Shown: positions 14,318 to 20,000 of the stretch, one piece after another
Layout of the letters: every line of letters begins with the position of its first letter
Numbering within the stretch: the stretch's first letter is position 1
Virus record (IMG/VR): IMGVR_UViG_3300028835_001893
Origin: an uncultured virus (IMG/VR IMGVR_UViG_3300028835_001893)
Taxonomy: Duplodnaviria; Heunggongvirae; Uroviricota; Caudoviricetes
Direction: 5' to 3' (one strand)
DNA: 20,000 nucleotides
Translations under genes and position numbers: made by a program
Notes under the pieces: model-generated
What the model saw: the letters and a program-made list of their open reading frames with translations, nothing else
Told to the model about the DNA's origin: nothing
Databases searched by the model: none

Positions 14318-16798
14318 ATGACTCAATCAATTTCAAGTCAAATTTATCTTTCGAGAGACTCAATAAGACAACAAATAACGGACTACGTAAAAACATATCT
14401 TGAGTTAGAAAATGTAGACCTTACGAAATCGTCTTTCCTTTCTTTTTTGATAGACATTATCTCAACTCTTACAGGAAATTTGATGTTTTATCAGATTTCT
14501 ACTTACAAAGAGTTCTTCTTAACAAAGGCACAACTACCCGAGTCAATCTTAAACCTTTCTGCTTTTCTTGGATATACATCTCAGGATGCGTCCTACGCAA
14601 CTGCAAATGTTCTAATAAAAGTTCCTCTAACTTTCCAAGTTTCTCCTGCTATTTTTACAATTTCAGAAGGATTTAAGTTTTACGCTGGTAGTAATATAGA
14701 GTTTACAACGTATTATACTACAACACTCACAATTACTAGTAATGCGTCTGCTACAATAGTTTTAGCTGAAGGAAGTAAGAGATATAATATTCCCTTCACT
14801 ATAGAAGATGGGATCCTTTCCTTCGTTCTTCCTGTAAGACAATATAAAACAAGTGAACAAGAATTCCAAATTGACGAAGATACACCACTCTTCCAATTTG
14901 TAACTCTTGACGTTCCAATTACAGGGAAAGTTGCTGAGATGACAGTCGAGATTCGAAATCCTGGAGATACTGCATACACAACATGGACTAATTTTAATAG
15001 TATTTATTTAATGTCATCAACAGACAAAGGTTATGTTACAAGAAGAACTGACGAAGGTCAGCGACTTTATTTCGGAAATAGTCTAATAGGCGTTCAGCCA
15101 ACACCAGGGGCAACTATAAGAGTTACTATCATTGAAACCGAGGGTGCAGACGGAAACGTTATAGCTGGTTCTATAAAAACTGGTGATAGAATATATACAA
15201 CATCGGGTACCACAACTCAAATAGTAAATTATATTGTTACGAACCCATCTCCTGCTGTTAACGGAAAAGATGAACAATCTATAGAAGACATCAGGAAGAA
15301 TTCGATTGCTAACTTAACTGCTCTTGGAAGATTAGTATCAGGGGGTGACTACAAAAATATCGACATAGTGATACCTACTTCCCCATTGGCAGCGAACTCT
15401 TTACCTGTTCTAAAAAGGTCCGATGTTAAAGTAAATGAAATAAATATTTTTACAACGTTACTTTTTGGTTCTGAGACTACTACAATAGAGAATATGGTTC
15501 CTTCAAGAAACGCAAAAAATACAGTTCCAATTACTACTACAACTATTCCGAGAGGAACAACTATATCTATCAGTGGAGTAGACTATATAACTTTATTTGA
15601 CATGGATATAGACTTGTTAAATTCAGTTGCGAACTACACTTATACAATATATTCAGCAGAACAAACTCCAGCACTTGTGACCAGTTATAACTCTGATTAC
15701 GATTTATACGCAGATAATTTAACTGTTTCAAAAGTCGGAAATACTGCTGTTTTTGAACTTCATTATAATTCAACAGAAACAGACGCAGATCTTACTACAT
15801 GTAAACTGGAAGTAGCTTCCACTAGTATGAAATATGATATGACGAACGACACAACTGCACATAACTTTGTTCTAATTATTAACCCTTATACAGAGGTACC
15901 AGCAAACGAACAAACATATTATTTTACAATCTATGATGCAAGCAATGCAGCAATTGCAAAATACTCTGGTAGTATAGTCTTTAGGAAAGATTTAACTGAC
16001 TTTATGAGATCAAATACAGTTTCTGATTCTACTAGTACAATAATTTACGATATTCCAGTAGTTAAGAAAAGTTGGTATAATGGAATAATAAAGAAAGACT
16101 TTGAGAATCAAGTTCTTCAAGTAATGATGACTTCTATGGACTTCGCAAGTTACAAGATGTTAACTGACTTCGCTAACGTCAAATTCTGCAATACTACTGG
16201 AACTATGGAGAATATGAAGTTAAACCCAGTTACTAAGGGCTCTATACTAGACATTCTAAATATCCCACCAGTCAGTCCTTTATTAGATAGTAGATATATA
16301 GTTGATCCATATCGTCCCAGAGGAGATTGGTCTGGACATGGTAACGAGATAGCTTATTGTACTGACGCAACAGCAGTTACTTGGGCCTTTATTGAACCAG
16401 TGGCTGATGATATACTTTATATAGGAAATACGAAATATATCTTTGCAGGTAAAGGTTGGATTCCAATTCCCGATTACCAAATGCCTCTAGAAATAGATGT
16501 AGAAGTTTTTAAAGAAGATACTTATTCGGGTACTTACAGTGACCTTTCGGATGCTGTAAGAGATGCTATAATAGCCGAGTTTAGTGACAGATTTGGTCCA
16601 AACGTTGAAATATATAGATCAGAGATAGATGAGACAGTCCAGAATGTAGACGGAGTAGACCATTGTAGAGTCGTGAAACCAGAGTCAAGTATTTTCTACA
16701 CTTTTAAACTAATCGAATTAACAGAAACAGAGTTATTAGAATATGGTCCCGAGTATGTTTATTTTACTGAAGACAGTATTACAGTAAGGATTTTATAA
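14318..16798 (+). CDS. baseplate wedge protein, T4 gp6 / baseplate J-like
   Basis: EFFLTKAQLPESILNLSAFLGY, LYFGNSLIGVQPTPGATIRVT..TEGADGN, GKDEQSIEDIRKN...RLVSGGDY, IYRSEIDETVQNVDGVDH. Confidence 0.88.
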   Translation: MTQSISSQIYLSRDSIRQQITDYVKTYLELENVDLTKSSFLSFLIDIISTLTGNLMFYQISTYKEFFLTKAQLPESILNLSAFLGYTSQDASYATANVLIKVPLTFQVSPAIFTISEGFKFYAGSNIEFTTYYTTTLTITSNASATIVLAEGSKRYNIPFTIEDGILSFVLPVRQYKTSEQEFQIDEDTPLFQFVTLDVPITGKVAEMTVEIRNPGDTAYTTWTNFNSIYLMSSTDKGYVTRRTDEGQRLYFGNSLIGVQPTPGATIRVTIIETEGADGNVIAGSIKTGDRIYTTSGTTTQIVNYIVTNPSPAVNGKDEQSIEDIRKNSIANLTALGRLVSGGDYKNIDIVIPTSPLAANSLPVLKRSDVKVNEINIFTTLLFGSETTTIENMVPSRNAKNTVPITTTTIPRGTTISISGVDYITLFDMDIDLLNSVANYTYTIYSAEQTPALVTSYNSDYDLYADNLTVSKVGNTAVFELHYNSTETDADLTTCKLEVASTSMKYDMTNDTTAHNFVLIINPYTEVPANEQTYYFTIYDASNAAIAKYSGSIVFRKDLTDFMRSNTVSDSTSTIIYDIPVVKKSWYNGIIKKDFENQVLQVMMTSMDFASYKMLTDFANVKFCNTTGTMENMKLNPVTKGSILDILNIPPVSPLLDSRYIVDPYRPRGDWSGHGNEIAYCTDATAVTWAFIEPVADDILYIGNTKYIFAGKGWIPIPDYQMPLEIDVEVFKEDTYSGTYSDLSDAVRDAIIAEFSDRFGPNVEIYRSEIDETVQNVDGVDHCRVVKPESSIFYTFKLIELTETELLEYGPEYVYFTEDSITVRIL

Positions 16799-17910
16799 TG
16801 GAAGAATTACTTTCAAAAGCTAAAATTAACAAATCCATATTAAAACGTGCTCTAACTAAGATAGTCGGTACGAACTTATCTCGACTTTCCGAACCATGTT
16901 TCTATCCATCTATAAGGAAGCATTATCATGAATTACTTCGAATCTGTGGTTTAACAGAACGAGATGTTAAAGATTTTACAAAAAGGCGTTGGGGAAAAAG
17001 GAAAGAATCTAGATTTAAAATTCATATGGATCCAAAATCGAACTTCTACGTTTTTCTTATGCAGTACTTTCTTTTAGAAAGAGATCAGTCATCTTTTCAG
17101 ACTTCAATGGTATTCTTCATAATACGATACTATACAAATTTAATGTTTAAACAGATTGAGTTTTGTAATCCTGCTTTGTTCAAATATGCTTTAGAACATT
17201 TAACCAGAACTCATCTATTTTCTAGAGAAAAGACAATACCAAATGCACTATATTATCTTTCAAAAGAAATGGTTAGGAAATATCAGAGTGATTTAAAAAG
17301 TAATGATTTAGATGGAATATCTAAGTTCATGCAAGAAAGTAGAACAAGAGTTAGTCAGAGTATAAAAAGTTTTGCCGAGACATATTACAAAGCAAGCAAA
17401 GAAGGGACTGGAATAACAACTCTACCAGAACCAGCAGAAGCTGAAGAGGATACATATCAATATCAAGTAGTTGAAAAAAGTACTAGATCAGTTGATGAAG
17501 TTACAAGAAAGATTACAATCTATAAATTTATAGACAAAAAGGCCAAAGAAGAAGCAAGGAAACTAACTAGAGTTGCTTCTGAACTTGCTGAACTAATTCC
17601 TTCAGGATTGACTAACACAAAATACTCAGATGACATTCGAATTACTTTGCAATTATTTGTAAAAGACTTAAAGAATGTAAATGTAATATGTGGAAAAGCA
17701 TATTATGAATATGTCAGACGATTAATGGCATTAAAAAGAACTAAGTCAACATTATATTTTAAACAACGAATCAACATTCTATTACTAAAAGTTCTGGATG
17801 ATATTAAATTTAAGAAAAAGTACGAATCATTAACAAGTCAAACAAAATCACTAGTGAATTTGTTCCTCGCTTACTATATTACAATGGTGTTAAGAAATAC
17901 AATCTGTTAG
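16798..17910 (+). CDS. hypothetical basic alpha-helical protein
   Basis: 370 aa, TAATG-coupled to the baseplate gene; no recognised motif. Confidence 0.78.
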   Translation: MEELLSKAKINKSILKRALTKIVGTNLSRLSEPCFYPSIRKHYHELLRICGLTERDVKDFTKRRWGKRKESRFKIHMDPKSNFYVFLMQYFLLERDQSSFQTSMVFFIIRYYTNLMFKQIEFCNPALFKYALEHLTRTHLFSREKTIPNALYYLSKEMVRKYQSDLKSNDLDGISKFMQESRTRVSQSIKSFAETYYKASKEGTGITTLPEPAEAEEDTYQYQVVEKSTRSVDEVTRKITIYKFIDKKAKEEARKLTRVASELAELIPSGLTNTKYSDDIRITLQLFVKDLKNVNVICGKAYYEYVRRLMALKRTKSTLYFKQRINILLLKVLDDIKFKKKYESLTSQTKSLVNLFLAYYITMVLRNTIC

Positions 17911-19121
17911 TAGTAAAGTGCTTTCTCCTGTAGATCTTCATAAGTACTTTTATCTTCACTACTTACCCTATTAGGTATTAGACTAGGAGCTCTACTTCTA
18001 GGTGCTCGTCTCTTAGACTTTTGTCTGTTTATCAGTTGTGGTTCTTCACTTGCAATTCGAGAAACTTCCACAGACTCTGGTCTTGTATATCCAACTATTT
18101 TTTCAGCAGTAGAATAATGATTTTTAATTTCTCCTTTTGTTTGTCTAAGTGCATCTAAGTATGAATATAAGGTTGGTCTATTTCTTTCTTTACCAATTCC
18201 TTCCTCTGTTAACATAGTATTGAATAAACTTCCAAAGTCTATCCTCACATCAACTATCCCAAGTCTTTGGTTAAAAGCAATTTGTTGTTGGTCACCACCT
18301 TTTATTACTGAAATATTCGTAATCATAGAGGGATCTAAGTTATATATTCCAGGTGCTGATACCTTTTGGAAAAATGGCCACTTATAAGTATTACCTTCGC
18401 TTGACCTCGGAACTGCTAAACAAAGAAGAACTGCCAACGGACCAATTATGTACTCCTCTGTAGATCTTGCGCTTCCTGGATTTGGGTTATATAATCTAAT
18501 AGTCATTGTATAAGATGGAGTAAAACCACTATTCTTCCAAAGTTGTGGGAAGTCGACTCTAGCACCAGTTAACAAAGCACTAAGTGTTCCTCCACCTCTA
18601 GTGGCTTCAAGAGTTGTCATAGCTCTTTGAGCCACTTCTCCAGCACGAGCGGCGCCTTCAAAGATTGCACTAATTGTTTTACTTTCCGTGGCTTTTGCCA
18701 CTGTTTCTGCACCCCCTTTAATTTTCTTCATTGCTTGAGATAAACTTTCGGTACCAGTTATTTGCATTACTTCTCTAATACCTTGGGAAGTTACATCTGT
18801 AATTTTCTGGAGGAAACTTTCTCCATACTCATTAGTAAATGAGTCCGTAGGAAAGTTGTCAGCTAGAAAAGCTACTTTAATTGCTCCACTGTGAGATCTT
18901 TCAAAACCAAGAGGTCTTAGTAAGTTATCATACTCAGTCCAAGCAGATTTTAATTTAAAAACAGTCATCCCTACAGTAGCAACTGGTTTCGAGGGAATAA
19001 TTGTCGCAATCGGCATAGACTCCTCAATAACGTGGCTACTAACAAAGTTACCTGGTGGTAACCCAATAATAGATCCTTCTTTTGGAATCTTAGTTATCGT
19101 TCTTCCACCTGTATCTAACAT
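17907..19121 (-). CDS. putative baseplate/tail tube initiator (gp48/gp54-like)
   Basis: SFTNEYGE...FPQLWKNSGFTPSYTMTIRLYNP...LLCLAVP...WPF...MITNISV pattern; directly downstream of a TMP-like gene; GGGAG SD. Confidence 0.5.
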   Translation of the reverse strand: MLDTGGRTITKIPKEGSIIGLPPGNFVSSHVIEESMPIATIIPSKPVATVGMTVFKLKSAWTEYDNLLRPLGFERSHSGAIKVAFLADNFPTDSFTNEYGESFLQKITDVTSQGIREVMQITGTESLSQAMKKIKGGAETVAKATESKTISAIFEGAARAGEVAQRAMTTLEATRGGGTLSALLTGARVDFPQLWKNSGFTPSYTMTIRLYNPNPGSARSTEEYIIGPLAVLLCLAVPRSSEGNTYKWPFFQKVSAPGIYNLDPSMITNISVIKGGDQQQIAFNQRLGIVDVRIDFGSLFNTMLTEEGIGKERNRPTLYSYLDALRQTKGEIKNHYSTAEKIVGYTRPESVEVSRIASEEPQLINRQKSKRRAPRSRAPSLIPNRVSSEDKSTYEDLQEKALYY

Positions 19122-19146
19122 TTTATTATCTCCCTTTTACCTGAAA

Positions 19147-20000
19147 TTAACTCAATTGAGCAGAGGCTAAGCCTCTCGTATACTGATCACCTTCAGAGAA
19201 TCCTCCAGTTGGACTACCCACTTGAGGTGTATTTATCACATTTGCATTAGATGAGTTTACTGAATTATTAAAGGTATTTACTAAAAGTGCTGTTCCCTTC
19301 TCAGCAGTCTCTTTACCTACTACTGCAGCCTCTAAAACTTTTTCTCCTACTTTTGCTGCTATCATCTTCCCTTCAGCCATCTTTACTTCAGCTTCACGTT
19401 TTAAATACTCACCTGTTCGAACAGCCGTTGTTTTACGAGTTTCTTCTGTAGTACCACCGTATGTAGACATTCTTGCTATTTCAGCTGGAGTAAGTATTTT
19501 ACCTTCTTTCTTCAAATATTTTAGAAAAGCTTCTTCTCTTCTTACTCCATATTTTTCTGGACTTTCAAACGTTCTTATACCTCTAAAAGCAAGGAACCTT
19601 TCGTTCCATTTTGTTCTTATTGCATTAACTTGTTCGTGACCATATTTCAAATACTCACCTAAATGTTCATCCATATATTTTTGTTGTTCTGCTTGAATAA
19701 TCTGGTATTTTGTACTCCACGGACCTAGTCCGTACTTTTTTCTCATCTCATCTGCCTTAGCACTAAGACCAGTACGCATCTTTAAAGCTTCACGTGATTC
19801 AACTCTTTCTTTACCTGGAACACCACGTCTGACCTTCGCAGCATGCTCTTCAAGTATCTTCATAGAAGCTTCTGTTGATTTCTTAGTCCTTTCATCAAGT
19901 GCTTTCCACCACTTTTTAAGTATGGGACTTATTAAGTACTTATTTATAAGACGCCCAATTGCATATCCAGCCGCACCGGCTGCCAGTACAGCTAGTATTG
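19147..20000 (-). CDS. C-terminal part of probable tape measure protein (5' end outside window)
   Basis: Frame stays open beyond the track's ATG 19863 to the window edge (ILAVLAAGAAGYAIGRLINKYLISPILKKWW...); helical Ala/Lys/Glu-rich; N/S-rich C-terminus (NNSVNSSNANVIN). Confidence 0.6.
   Translation of the reverse strand, partial: ILAVLAAGAAGYAIGRLINKYLISPILKKWWKALDERTKKSTEASMKILEEHAAKVRRGVPGKERVESREALKMRTGLSAKADEMRKKYGLGPWSTKYQIIQAEQQKYMDEHLGEYLKYGHEQVNAIRTKWNERFLAFRGIRTFESPEKYGVRREEAFLKYLKKEGKILTPAEIARMSTYGGTTEETRKTTAVRTGEYLKREAEVKMAEGKMIAAKVGEKVLEAAVVGKETAEKGTALLVNTFNNSVNSSNANVINTPQVGSPTGGFSEGDQYTRGLASAQLS

Noticed and set aside
9879..16480. Short minus-strand ORFs (9879, 10086, 10623, 11642, 12095, 12307, 14713, 15083, 15570, 16283) and the + ORF 13104-13319
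   Set aside because: They overlap long structural genes on the opposite strand or in another frame and have no independent support.
1..20000. Stop-codon reassignment (alternative genetic code), tRNA genes, introns or inteins
   Set aside because: Standard code gives dense, uninterrupted, correctly sized genes that end in TAA, TAG and TGA. No tRNA-like gap or split gene is visible apart from the chaperone frameshift candidate.

Overview
AT-rich, densely coding fragment of a large tailed phage (myovirus/jumbo-phage-like, standard genetic code), split by one divergent intergenic region (8871-9024). The left arm (minus strand, 1-8870) is an accessory cluster. It holds a CCA-adding tRNA nucleotidyltransferase, an RlaP/PF10127-like nucleotidyltransferase, two tandem paralog pairs and small membrane proteins. 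It also holds a radical SAM/SPASM-twitch enzyme followed by at least five tandem proteins that share only an N-terminal MKxKx(D/S)F(V/I)TNSS(S/T) motif. The right arm is virion morphogenesis: a HAD phosphatase, a tail-tube-like protein, two paralogous 4-Cys helical proteins, a gp26-like chaperone with a candidate +1 frameshift, and gp25-like and gp6-like baseplate wedge proteins. Convergent with these lie a gp48-like protein and the C-terminus of a probable tape measure protein. The best candidate for an undescribed system is the radical SAM + 'TNSSS'-motif protein array. All family assignments come from motifs recognised by eye; no searches were run.
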